Of a stretch of 64,000 nucleotides of DNA, positions 1 through 11,348 are shown one piece after another. The stretch comes from Selaginella moellendorffii. Lineage: Eukaryota > Plantae > Lycopodiophyta. The stretch covers positions 392,792 to 456,791 of the forward strand of contig NW_003314368.1 of the NCBI RefSeq assembly GCF_000143415.4, read 5' to 3'. The notes under the pieces were generated by a model, which was given only the letters and a program-made list of their open reading frames with translations, had not been told where the DNA came from and did not search any database. Position 1 is the first letter of the stretch, and every line of letters begins with the position of its first letter. The translations under genes were made by a program, and so were the position numbers.

Positions 1-1367
1 TACCGTGTAGGAACGGCAGGTTGTACTCGTAGACCACACCATGCTCCGACACTAAAAAGAACGAGAGATTCTTGGTGTTTCCATTCTTCACAGTAAACAC
101 AGGCCCTAGAGACAAGCTTAGGCGAGCATTCGGCGGCTTTGCATGCAGCACCCAGCGCCATTTTGCTTGAGCAAGTCGTCTTTCCACCAAAAGTCCGTTC
201 TGCAAAAGAATGATCTCAGTTTTCAGCGAAATAATCGAGGTTTAGCGTCTATATACCTTTGTCAAGAGAAAAATAGAGAAAGTGCGGCTCCCTGCAAAAT
301 CACGAGCTGAAAATCCACTTACGGGTGCCAACTCGTAGTCTTCAACAGATGAGCCGTCTCGAATGTGCTTTCTCCAAGCGGGCTTCGCGTTTGCATCGTA
401 TTCATAGAGGTCGCCATTTGTGCTGAAACGGAAAACCTGTTTCATCTGAAACCGACAAATATCTGGCTACCTGACAGTAAAAATTACCCCGGCTCTAAAA
501 CCTCCAGCATCGACTACATGGCCTACATCTCCCCCACGAGGATGACCATGGTTTGTCCACCTATATTGAAAGTTACAAAATCAAAAATCAAAAACGCAAA
601 TATCAGTCCTGGTAGCGTACCTTACAGGATTGAGGGACCATAATTCTGCTAGCCAACCGTCTGATGCAGTGAAGAACAGAGAGCTTCCATCACTAGACAA
701 AAATGCAGACTTTTTTAGAAATATGCTGCTTGATTCCGTAGAGGGCGTTGAAGACGGCCAGGGCCCCGAGCTTGCCCAGTGAAGATGTCCTTCTGCATCT
801 ATCTGAAGCTGCCAAGCACCGAACAAACTCTTAGAACATAGTAATGATAAAAAGCGTAGGACACGATCAAACCTGGTACAATCTTCCAGAATCGGAGAGA
901 GTTAGCATAGTTCGGTTGACAGAGTAAACGCCAGTTCCATACCCTGCTGAGTCCGGTAAATCATGTGGAATGATCACCCACTGGACTCCATTCCATAGCC
1001 TCTCGTAAATAGACCCGCTGTGGCCACTGCTCCAGAGAGATACTTCAGTAAATTTTATCAGGGAGACCCTTCCACTGTAAGGATGAATAAACTCAGTCTC
1101 CGTATCTGTTGCTGCCCCCTTGATTTCTCCGTTGTTGTCCCTTGGATTCTTTCTAGTAAACTTACTGATATCCACTTTCAACCAAGCGCCAGAAGCTCGA
1201 TCGTAAGTCCAGAATTCAGTAGCGTGCTGCTCGAATTCAGAGTGGCCAGGGGTCAGCACTGAAGATACTTCGAAGTACTGTGGCGAGAATTTCTGAGAGC
1301 TGCAGACAGATGTCTGGTATGCTATAAACAACAACCATATCAGCCTTAGACATGAAAAAACTCCCAT
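1..1367 (-). CDS. Uncharacterised plant protein with N-terminal signal peptide; multi-exon, 3' end runs off the window
   Basis: ATG at 1367, hydrophobic N-terminus, GT-AG exons that match ORFs 867-1373, 581-826 and 242-445. Repeated G-x-(L/I)-Y-E...W motifs (GSIYERLWNGVQW, GDLYEY, GVVYEY) suggest a beta-propeller (inference). Confidence 0.7.
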
Positions 1368-1820
1368 GATCAACCAAAGCGACTCATCAATCTGCGCCTT
1401 TCAGCTCATTTCAAAAAAGGAAGGACGAAAATAAAAAGGTTAAAAAAAAAGTAGAAAAAAGAAAAGAACAAAACCACATAGACAACGAATAGTAAACTAC
1501 TAACCAGTCGACTTGACAAAGACAAAGTCAGGAAGGATATACCCACAAAAAGCCACGAGTCACGTAAAGCTTTTGGAGACGGAAAGAGAAGAGCATTCGC
1601 TTAATCACGGAAAGAACCATAGACACATAAGGCCCGCCTAGAATCTCACTTTACCGGCTCAAATAAAAAGAATCTAAACTGCTGCAGTCACCTGCATTCA
1701 TCAGCAAGCACAAATATCAAACAGGACCGAGTAAAGTGAATGGAAATTCTACCTTGTATGACGACATGCGCAAGAACTCAAAGACCCTACACCGGAAACA
1801 TTAGCATATGCATAGTGATG

Positions 1821-2657
1821 TCATCGAACCACAAATATTGCCTCGAATCCGGTCTCTGAGTTTTCGACATCCTTTTCTTCTATATCGGCTGCAAAAACCC
1901 GGAAAATCAAACTTCCTGAAGCACCAACTAACCACACTCTTACCAAAAACTACGTCGGAAACTTCTTCGTACGTATCCAGCTTGAGTTTTCCATCGCAGT
2001 CGAAAGGCCCCTGCAACCACAACGGTGTAAGAAGAGGGTAGCAAAGTAACGAGACAACTTTACATCAGCTTTTGGAGCAGGCCGAGGCCACACCGGAAAG
2101 ATTTCTGTCCGGAAGGAGAGCACAGCCTTGACTCGTTTCTCCATTTCTACAAGCAGCACAGCATTAAAACAGGACACAAATTCCTCCTTAAAACGTTAAC
2201 ACACCTTGGTGTTCAAGCTTTTGCCGGAGAGCTTCCATATCATCCCCGGTGAAATGCACCCTCTCGATTCCCTGTTTCGCCCACTCGTCCGCCTTGCTCT
2301 CCTGAGGAGCCGCCGCCGCCCCTGACCAGAGAAAGAGAATTCAAAGGCTAGAATTCCAACATCGCTTACCTCCAATTTTTGCTCGCACATTGGAAATATT
2401 CCTGAGAGGCGTTCTCCCAGCATCGATCTTGTTGCCCAGAGGAGCGATCTTAGGCTTGGGCGTCGCGGATGGGAGCTGCTGCTTGTTTGTGATGTTCGAC
2501 AGCTTCGGCCGCTGGATCGTAGCTGGAGGAATCACGGATTTCCCTGCCGGCAACGCAACAGTCGGCGAAAGCGAGATGAAAAGGAAGAGATCTTACCGCT
2601 CATCGGAGCCGCATTCTCGTCTTGCGGATTGAATCGAGGAGCCACGCGCGTCGCCAT
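1821..2657 (-). CDS. Small DEN-box/D-box protein, PATRONUS (plant securin)-like; about 6 exons
   Basis: Spliced translation MATRVAPRFNPQDENAAPMS|GKSVIPPATIQRPKLSNITN...RTPLRNISN...|...ADEWAKQGIERVHFTGDDMEAL...|...KLDTYEEVSD. It has a QDEN box and two RxxLxxIxN D-boxes. First intron 2596-2544 is GT-AG. The last exon is uncertain. Confidence 0.6.
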
Positions 2658-2932
2658 ACCCTGAGATAGATCTTCCCGCCCAGGAGGAAAACCAAAACCT
2701 CTTTACTGCCCTAACATAAAGGAATATGCTAGCATCTTAACGGGTATTTTTTAGTAACTGTCCACGTCGACATTAATACCATACACGGTCGCAATGGCAG
2801 CTTTTTTTTCCTGAGCCAAACAAAAAGTCTGAAACACTGACCACGAGAACTCGATAAAGAGATGGATATAGGATAGATTTCTAGAAAAAAGAATGGAGGA
2901 CTTGGAAATTACACGCTCTTTGCGAGTTTCTT

Positions 2933-4176
2933 TCACGACCTTCGCCTTCTTCTAGCGCTGTAAATTCGATCGCTTCGATCGCTACTGCTGCTGCTCGAAA
3001 CAATCTTGCGGAGTTTGCAGCTCCGTTCTTCTCCCTCGGCATCACTATCACTTCTTAAAGGCACCACCTGATGATAGCAACACTGTGTATGAATCTCCCC
3101 GCGAAACAAAGAGAAAGAAAAGACTCACTTGATCTATCGTTTCGATCATTGAAACTCGAGGGTGGTGTTTTTGTTGAGAGGCGGACTTTGTAGAATCGGA
3201 GTTTGCATCTCTAGCTGAGCGCTTATCTGATCCACCAAGCCACGAGAACATCAGATCAGAGTTGAAAATCAACAAATGAGCTATTTTTTTTCTCTCCTCT
3301 TGTTTACTTCTCTGGTGGTTTTGGGAGAGTGACCTGTGTCAGCCGTGGAATTCCCAGTGGACGACACTGTTGAGCGCTTGCTTATCCTCTCCAGCCACAC
3401 CGATGCCCGGTTCTCAACGTCGGGAACCTCTGGAACGTCGTCCTCGAGCTCGTAGGCAGTGGAAGTTCTGCAAATCAGTCTCTCCTTGGCCTTGGGAGGA
3501 GTAGCGGCAGTTGGATCAGTCTGATCGTCCACAGCACCCGACTTGGATGATGTAAAGTGCCGCACCCAGGGGCTGGAAAATATGTTTGGAGATGGAAGCT
3601 CCCAAGAGTGGAGCCTTCGACACGGCAATGGTTGCCATCCACCACCTTGCATCACCTGTGAACAAAAAAACGAAGAGCAAACTGAATTGAGAGCTTGAAA
3701 AGTTTATAAACGAAGAACCAACCTTGAAGAAGCTAAGAGGCCTCGATTCCACACAGTCTTGATCACACGAAGAGGCAGCCTCGCCACAGATATCCACAGC
3801 ACAGTACTCCCGGTCATACATATTTCTCACAAACATCTCTTCCATGCTGCTTAGATACGAGGAGTGCCTGTCATCCGTCCAGGCCGTGTCCATGGATTCT
3901 TCCTCCTTCTGCCAGAATCACAAGCGAAATCGCTCGAATTTCCAGAAAAGAAGCAAGCAAGAGATATTTCATCCATACCGTGTCATCGCCAGAGTAGTTC
4001 TTGGATTGATTAGAGGTCTCGGATGTTAGCGTCGACGATGGCGACGACGAAGCCCTGCTCCGCAATCTCGACTCGCCGCAAGATTCCCTGTCGTGCTCCC
4101 ACGATTGAGCTGCATTCGGCGGCAATCTGTGGTGGATTGTGGCATTGGCGACGGCGATGTTCTTACTCCCAATCAT
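2933..4176 (-). CDS. COR27: COLD-REGULATED 27/28-like protein, 5 exons
   Basis: Family motif WTDDRHSSYLSSMEEMFVRNMY, then FKV-QGGGW, SPWVRHF and C-terminal DQ|VVP; GT-AG introns. Confidence 0.8.
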
Positions 4177-4444
4177 CGTCTCCGAGCGCAGAGGAGATAT
4201 TTCGGCCAAGATTCGCAAGAAAGCTCACCTCCAGCAGCTCCAATCCAAAGCCCTAGCAAGCGCAACGCCGATCGATCTCCTCAAGATCCGCCAAGCATCA
4301 CGCTCATCCGATCCAGACAATCACAAAACGCAAGGGTAGCATGGAGCCAAGGCGGTGGTGAAGCTACCAGGAATGAAAGCAAAGCTTATCGGCCTATGAG
4401 AAGTAGGCACCGAGGAATATACCGCCGCCATAGGGCTAGACAAC

Positions 4445-4555
4445 CACGTGGCAAGCGGTGGACGAAAAATATCGCGAAAAAGCGCGGGCCACGTGGAGTA
4501 CTCTGGGATATTTATGTGATGCCAGATATTTTAACAGTGACAAATGAAAATATCG
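4445..4555 (-). promoter_or_regulatory. G-box/ABRE and Evening Element cluster upstream of COR27-like
   Basis: CACGTG at 4445-4450 and 4490-4495; perfect AAAATATCT on the minus strand at 4524-4532; AAAATATCG variants at 4466-4474 and 4547-4555. Confidence 0.6.
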
Positions 4556-4560
4556 GGAAA

Positions 4561-4631
4561 TGCACTGCCCGGGAATCGAACCCGGGTCTGTTCCGTGGCA
4601 GGGAACTATTCTACCACTAGCCCAGCAGTAT
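4561..4631 (-). tRNA. tRNA-Gly(GCC), variant with an A1:C72 mismatch (possibly degenerate)
   Basis: 71-nt cloverleaf ATACTGC-TG-GGCTAGTGGTAGAATA-GTTCC-CTGCCAC-GGAAC-AGAC-CCGGG-TTCGATT-CCCGG-GCAGTGC-A. Confidence 0.85.
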
Positions 4632-4660
4632 CAAATCGATGTTTAGCGGATAAGTTTAAG

Positions 4661-6570
4661 CTAATTACCAGCTAGAAACGCTTCTATCTCCAGCCATCCA
4701 GAAGCTCGATACAAAACTCCTTCCTCTTTTCTCCACGCTGATCGAGAGCTTTGCTGCCGCTGGACGAGGCCGGAAAAGAGTGGCACGATCTTCACTCCAA
4801 AGGCTTTGGAGGCTCGATCGAGGCTGGAGCTCGTTCCTAGAACAATTCCAATGTCAGCTCGGAGCAAGGCTAGCAGATCCGTGAGGCTGTCTCCAATGAA
4901 AATCACAAACTTGTCGTCCGGAGCGTGTAGAATCTCACGAAACATCGTCTCTTCCTTGTCAATCGGTGTCTCGACGCGTCTGATCAAGCTCCCGGTTGTA
5001 AAGTTCCCATCGTTTTCGAGTTCGTTGGAATGGACAGGAACATTGGTGATATTCTCTGGCATTGCAAGAGTAAGAACAACGAAAAGGAACAAAACTCGTT
5101 TCACCTTTGGAGAAAGCTGCTTCGATGAAGGTCCGGCTCCAGCAAACCGAGAGGATTTGACAAGAGATTTTGGAACTTAGCCTGCAAAGCACACTGGCAC
5201 AGCCAGCTTGAAGTGCCATGTTTTGTCCGGCTTGCTTGATATCATCGATCTTAATGCCTTGCAAAACGCGGGAGGCGTCGATTTTCGCGTTCCCTTGCTT
5301 CTCAAACTCGGAAAGAACTTGGAGAGCCTCTTTGATCGCATCGTAGTCGTACTCTTCACACAAAGAAAAACAATATGGTCAGTTCTTTTTAACATTTACG
5401 AAACAAAGTCTACCATTTTTCTCGCGACCACCACGAAGAACAACTTCTTCCAGGAGTTTGGAGTAGTCCCTGAAATACTCGTCCGAGAGGCTGCTCCATT
5501 TCCTCCTTACATTTGGATCGACCGCCATAGCCAGCTCCGCTAGAACTGGGGATGAATCAGAGACGGTGCAAGTAGAATCAAAATCAGAGATGAGGACGAA
5601 GTTGCGATCCTTGAGTGCTACACTCTCTAGCAGCGGGACAAAAGCGTTGCTGCCACGCACTTCCTGGGCATCGAAGAAGCTCACCTCGTACGCTATGGCA
5701 CGGTGATACAAACTTTGCATACTCTGAAATTCCGCTGCCGTAGTCTCTTGAGCTTCCGAGAGGCTATCGAGAAGCTGCTCGAGTCGAGTAGCAGCAGTCT
5801 GCCAAGACAAGCTAGCTCAGAACTAGATTCAAACATAAACATCCAAGAACAAACTGATTTTACCTCGAAACCAGGCGACGAGTAAGTCGAAATCCAGTCG
5901 CGATATGGATGATTTTCTCGAGAGAAAACTCTCGTCTCTTGGCCTAGGAAAGCGTAGAGACGCATGCACGGAGCCATTGCTGCCAGAGCGAGCATCGGCA
6001 CCTTAGTTTTCTCGCATTCAATTTTCTTCCCAGCAGCCACTGCGAGGAGAAAATCTGTGTAAGCACAAGTTGCTGGCGATGGTGGTGTATGATCGAAGTT
6101 CCAAGCCTGCAAGAAGGCAAATTCTTACAAATCAAAAGACGAAAAAAAACAGAAAAGAAAAGAAAAGCTTTGGAAGAGACCTTCATGAGGGAAGAATGGA
6201 GCTCAAGTTCCTCGTACACAGCCTGTTGGAGCTTGCAAATCTCAGATTTAACTTCTCGATCATCGCTGCGCTCTATGGCCAAACCATAGCTAAAAGAAAA
6301 ATGTGAAGAACAACAGGAAAATTCTGTCGATTGAGCTTACGCTTTCGCGAATGCCGTCAGGAAGAAGGAATCCTGCGCTATGAATCGCTGGAAGCTGTGA
6401 AGATCCAGCGTCCCAGCAGCGATGGACACCACAAATGGATGATACAGACATACCATTGCCTCGCGCTTGGATTGCTGCCACAAGCGCTTTGAAATGGATG
6501 GCTCCATCGCCTGGGCGCTTGCCAAGCTCCTCAATCCTCTGGCCACTACATTTCTAAGCAAACACGACAT
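4661..6570 (-). CDS. TH2: Bifunctional TenA/HAD thiamin-phosphate phosphatase
   Basis: TenA motifs (LYHPFV, FIAQDSFFL, AMAPCMRLY, HPYRDWISTYS) fused to a HAD domain (SDFDSTCT, FIGDSLTDLLALLRADIGIV); multi-exon. Confidence 0.92.
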
Positions 6571-6692
6571 TACCTAAACTCTATGGGAATATTTCTCAAC
6601 AAATAAAGCGAATATGCTAAAAATAACCTCATACCTTAAAGAATATTCTATTCGAAAAACTGAATATGCTAAAATTAGATTTTTAAAAAACC

Positions 6693-7588
6693 TTAGAGCT
6701 TGTCAATCATCTTGTTCAAGGAGGAGGTCATCTCTTGAATGGCGTGAACCATGGCCTCGAGGTGTGATTCGTGCTTCTCGCACATCCTCTCTTGCATCTG
6801 GATCACGATCTTGGTGTTCTTCTCCAAGATCGCCTCGAGCCTGTCCATGCTATCCTCCGCCGGCGCCGGCTTGGGCCGCTTCCTCTTCCCGGACGAAGAA
6901 ATCCCCTGCTCGTCGTTGGACGATGGAGCTACAAGTTCGCGATCAATCACGAATCAAACCAAGAGAAGAACTTGAGCTCACCGTTTGGGATCTGGAGCAA
7001 TGGAGGACACAAATCCCCGGCCTGCAAGAACGCGGCAGCGGCGTGATCGTGAGCGCCATCGTCCACCTGCGGCTGCCGCTTGAAGTGATGGTGCTGCTGG
7101 TGGACGATCCTCTCCGAATCATACACCGTGGGAGGCACTCCAGGCCTGTTGGCGAGGAAGTGATCCAGCTCCTCGAAGATATCCTTGTCGAAAACCGGAG
7201 GAACGATGAGCTTGTTCTCGCGCTTCTCCTCCACGGACATGAGCCAGTAGGATTGCCGCGAGTTCCTGTTCTGCCAATCCTTGACTCTCTTGTAGTCTCG
7301 GACGATGTTCTGCCAGCGCTTGCGGCACTGCGATGCGTCGCGGACCACTCCAGCGTCCTCGCATTTCTTGGAGATCCTCTTCCACTTCTGCTCCTTGTTG
7401 ACGATCTGGCCGCGGCTCGCCGCCTCGGCCACCTCCTGCTCGTAGACGCGCTTGGCCTGGACGAGCGTGATGGTCTCGTCCTTGAGCCAGCGCGAGGCGC
7501 GCGTGGATCGCAGCGCGACCTCGGCGCCCTCCATCGCGTCGTGGAGATGATCCTGGGGGATCGGCGTAGCGCAGGAATCGTCGTCCAT
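6693..7588 (-). CDS. Trihelix (Myb/SANT-like) transcription factor, ASR3/SH4-like, 2 coding exons
   Basis: RWLKDETITLV...KWKRIS..C...RDASQCRKRWQNIVRDYKRVKDW...SYWLM and a C-terminal coiled coil. The start codon is approximate. Confidence 0.85.
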
Positions 7589-7969
7589 GATCTGAGAAGC
7601 AAGAGAGAGGATTATCTGGAGCGAAATATTTCGAGAAGTGCTCGAAGAAATTCCTGGCTCCAGCGACGATGCAAATGCGCGAATTGTATAGCGAGAGAAT
7701 GCTCCATCCAAGAATCTATGGATCTAAGCTAGGGTTCTTCCGGCGCTCGGCAGTGGCCATACCTCAAACACTCGCCCTAGAAACGGCCATGGGAGGCCAT
7801 TGGCTCGCGGAGCTTGCCGAGAGACTGGTGTCCTCCACGCAGATTGCGCCTCGCTCCCTTTAGACCGAGACTTCCAGAATTAGGGCACGAAAGGGGGAGA
7901 TTATTTCACATTATTCCATCAAAACGTTTTACAAAACAAAATTTTTTCCATCCAGTTCGGTTTCTTCGT

Positions 7970-9303
7970 TTAGTTCACGACATCGAACACGAGTCTCCGC
8001 GCCTTCATGGGAGCGAACCTCCATCTCTTGGTGTAGGTAATTCCGAAGAACATTAGGACTATAGCGAACAACCACTTGGATCCACTCTAGAAAACCAAAG
8101 CCAAGAGAGCACCATCAGTGACTTAAGATCGAAGAACGAGAAGAGTGAAAGATTCACTCACCAGTTTGCGTTCGTCCATCTCTGGCTCTGCTGCCCAGGC
8201 GAGGAAGCAAACCACATCTTTGGCCATCTGATAGATACGAGCAAGAGAAAGTTAGCCAAGATTTTTCGCAGAGATCATAGAAACCTGAGATGCAGTCGCG
8301 GGAGTCCCGTCCTCGTACTCAACAGCCCCATCCATCAAAATCTGTGGCATTGCAATGGCACCCCCGGGGAAGTATGGATTGTAGTGAAGTCCGTCTCTGA
8401 TCTATCAAAAGGTAAAGAAAGAAAAAAGCTTCATTCCGGAAAAAAAATCTAGCTTACCTTGACTCCAGCGGGAGGCTCGCGATAGCCAGTGAGCAAAGAG
8501 AAAACGTAGTCATCACCACTGAACCTGGCCTGCAAGAAGAAACGCGCAAAACTTGAAGAAAGAAACAAAGAAAGCGTCTAGCGTGTACCTTCGTCATCAA
8601 GCTCAAGTCTGGAGGATACGCTCCTCCATTCGCTGCTCGAGCAGCTTGCTCATTCGGATATGGAGCTGGCAGGAAATCGTTGGGTCTGCCGGGGCGAGTG
8701 AACATCTCCCCCTCATCGTTGGGCCCATCAGTCACCTCAATCTCGGCCGACATAGCCTTCACCTCCTCCTCCGTGTAAGCCACACCGATAAGATGGCGGT
8801 ATGAGATGTATTGCATGCTGTGGCACGCAGCACAGACTTGGGCATAGACTTGATGCCCGCGACGGATCCTATCAAAAAATGTAGGAAAGAAAAAGGTGAG
8901 CAAATCTTGAGATTAAAAAAAAGAAAGAACTTACGATGCGTGATCCTGTGCCTCGAAAATCCCATTGTAAGGCCACTTGTATGATGGCGGGGGCAAGCCA
9001 TGATCCGCCTCATCGGCATAGACGTAGCCAGCAGCAGCAAACACGCTCGTTGCCGCGGCTCCCAAGAGCGCGAGGCCATTGCGGAGATTATGCCCCCGTT
9101 CTTCGTCTTGGAGCTTGGATGACGCTGCTAAAACCCCAGCAGTCTGGAAATCCCCAAAAAGATCGCATTGCATCAGATCCACTGCCATTGCCCGCCACTG
9201 GGATTACACCACAAACCTTGCTCGCAGCTTGGCCATCTTGAGCCAGTAGTGTCGCGCGCGCTCCAAGAATCCGATTGAAAAGAGAGCGCCGGGCCGCCGC
9301 CAT
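7970..9303 (-). CDS. CYC1: Mitochondrial cytochrome c1
   Basis: Heme motif [37 protein letters not shown] and a C-terminal TM helix; presequence; GT-AG introns. Confidence 0.97.
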
Positions 9304-9450
9304 GACCTCGCCCAATGCGAGTGAGAGCGTAGTTAGCCCTAAGAATGTGAGAACATATGCCGTTTAATGATCACATATTCTGCTTTAGAACCGCACATTC
9401 CGTTTAGAGAAGAATATGCGTTTCGTGTTCTAGGGTTTCGCCTTCGCGGG

Positions 9451-11217
9451 ATGCCGGTGCCCGAGGAGAGAGCTGCCGCCGCCATTGCTCAAGCATGCGT
9501 TGCCCTGCGGCGACGCAAGGCCGTCGAGGAAGGAGCTCATGGATCGCTGGTCGCGGCGCTCGATCGGGCGCTCACGAATCAGGTTCGATTTCGCGATTGT
9601 TTCTGTGGCATCTTAGCTCAAGAGGGCGCGGCATTGAAATTCAGGGCACGGAGATCCAGGAGAAGATGGAATCTCTTCAGCAGGAGTTGTCCCAGAGCTA
9701 CAAAACCCAGGCTCATGTGTCGGAGCAGCTCGTCGTAGAGATGCAAACGGCGCAAGCTCTACGAGCGCAACTGGCCGAGAAGGACGCGCTTGTTTTGGAG
9801 ATCCAACACGAGCTAAGCTCCGCGAGGTACTTGGTCACTCTTGAATCGATCATTTCTTATGTAGCTCTTGCTATCTCCATCCATTCGCTCCACAAAAGCT
9901 TGACATGAGTTTTAACATCCTACAGGACATGGCAGGGCGCGTATAAGCCAATTGGAGAAGGACTTTGAAGCAAAGGAGAACGCTGTTCTTGTGCTCGTCG
10001 AGGAGCTCACACAGCTAAAGCTCCGAGTGAAAGAGCTCGAATCGAGCCTCCAAGCCATAGAGGCTGAGAACAATATGCTCGTTGATCGCTGGATGACGCA
10101 GAAAATGCAAGACGCTGATCGACTTAATGAGGTATGAACTTGCGTTTTTCTTCCAGCTTTTGCTAACTTGCTTCTTTCATTTTGCTTCAAGGCTAACGCC
10201 ATGTATGCTGACATGATGGAACGCTGCAAGATCAACAGCCTTGCCGAGCTAGCGAAGCTCCAAGTCGACGGCATTGTAAGGCACTCGGAAGCTGGCGCCG
10301 AGAGCTACATGACGCTGGGCGCGCCGAGCAAAGTCCGCCACACACTTCGTGCTCACGACAAGGGAGGCTGCGCCGCCATCATCTTCGAGCACAGCAGCGA
10401 CACCCTCCTCACAGCCGGGCACGACGGCATCGTAAAGTTCTGGGACACTCAGCGCGGAGGAACTCCCACGAAAACTCTCACCGGCGCTCTCGGCTCACTA
10501 CTGGACTTGGCACTCACCCCGGAGAACAACATGGTTCTCGGCGGCTGCAGCGATCACAAGCTCTACCTCTGGGACTCCCGCTCCGGCCGAGTGAAGCACG
10601 TCCTCACAGGCCACACCGAGAAAGTCACCTCCGTGGACATCAGCAACGCGAGAGCCGCGAGCACGGCCTCGGACAGGACCATCAAGACTTGGGACCTCCA
10701 AACGGGCTACAGCCTCCACACGATGATCTTCCACAGCAACTGCAACTCTCTCTGCATCTCCTCCGACGGCTCAGCGATTTGCTCCGGCCACACGGACGGG
10801 ATCTTGCGCTTCTGGGACACCCGAACAGGGAAGCTGGCCAAGGAGCTCACGGCTCACGAGCCACAGGCCATAACTTCGGTGTCGCTGTCCCGGAGTGGCT
10901 TGACGGTGCTCACCAGCGGCAAGGACAACGTCCTCAAGCTCTTCGACGTGAGGAGCTTGGAGCTCAAGGCGACTTTCAGGGGGCCGGGCTACACGGTGGC
11001 GACGAGCTTGAGCCGATCGTGCTTGAGCCGGGACGAGAACTATGTGGCGGCGGGCTCCGGCGATGGAAGCGTTTGTATCTGGAATCGCCGCTCCTGGGAG
11101 GTGGAGAGCGTGCTCAAAGGCGGGCATGGGAGCGCGGTGGTGGCGTGTGCTTGGAGCCCAGCCAGTAAGTCACTGGCCTCGGCCGATAGAAATGGTGTGG
11201 TGTGTGTGTGGGAGTGA
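9451..11217 (+). CDS. ATG16: Autophagy-related protein 16 (coiled coil plus WD40)
   Basis: ENNMLVDRWMTQKMQDADRLNE|ANAMY coiled-coil motif followed by WD40 repeats in a long final exon. Confidence 0.9.
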
Positions 11218-11237
11218 AAATGTGGTAGCCGGGAAGG

Positions 11238-11348
11238 GGATATTCCTGCGCCGCTGGTGGAATATGCGAATTCACGAGTCCATTTCTAACTAGTAGGAAT
11301 GCGTTAGCGGCGAGGGGAGTTAGGGTATTCGCAGGAGCAACGATGGAT
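11238..11348 (+). repeat. Deleted direct copy of the 12118-12320 segment upstream of the copine gene
   Basis: Shared blocks GGATATTCCTGC, GCTGGTGGAATATGCGAATTCACGAG, GTCCATTTCTAA and AGCGGCGAG.GGAGTTAGGG.ATTCGCAG in the same order. Confidence 0.75.

Noticed and set aside
6614-7732. 372-aa plus-strand ORF
   Set aside because: Antisense shadow of the GC-rich trihelix gene; no motifs.
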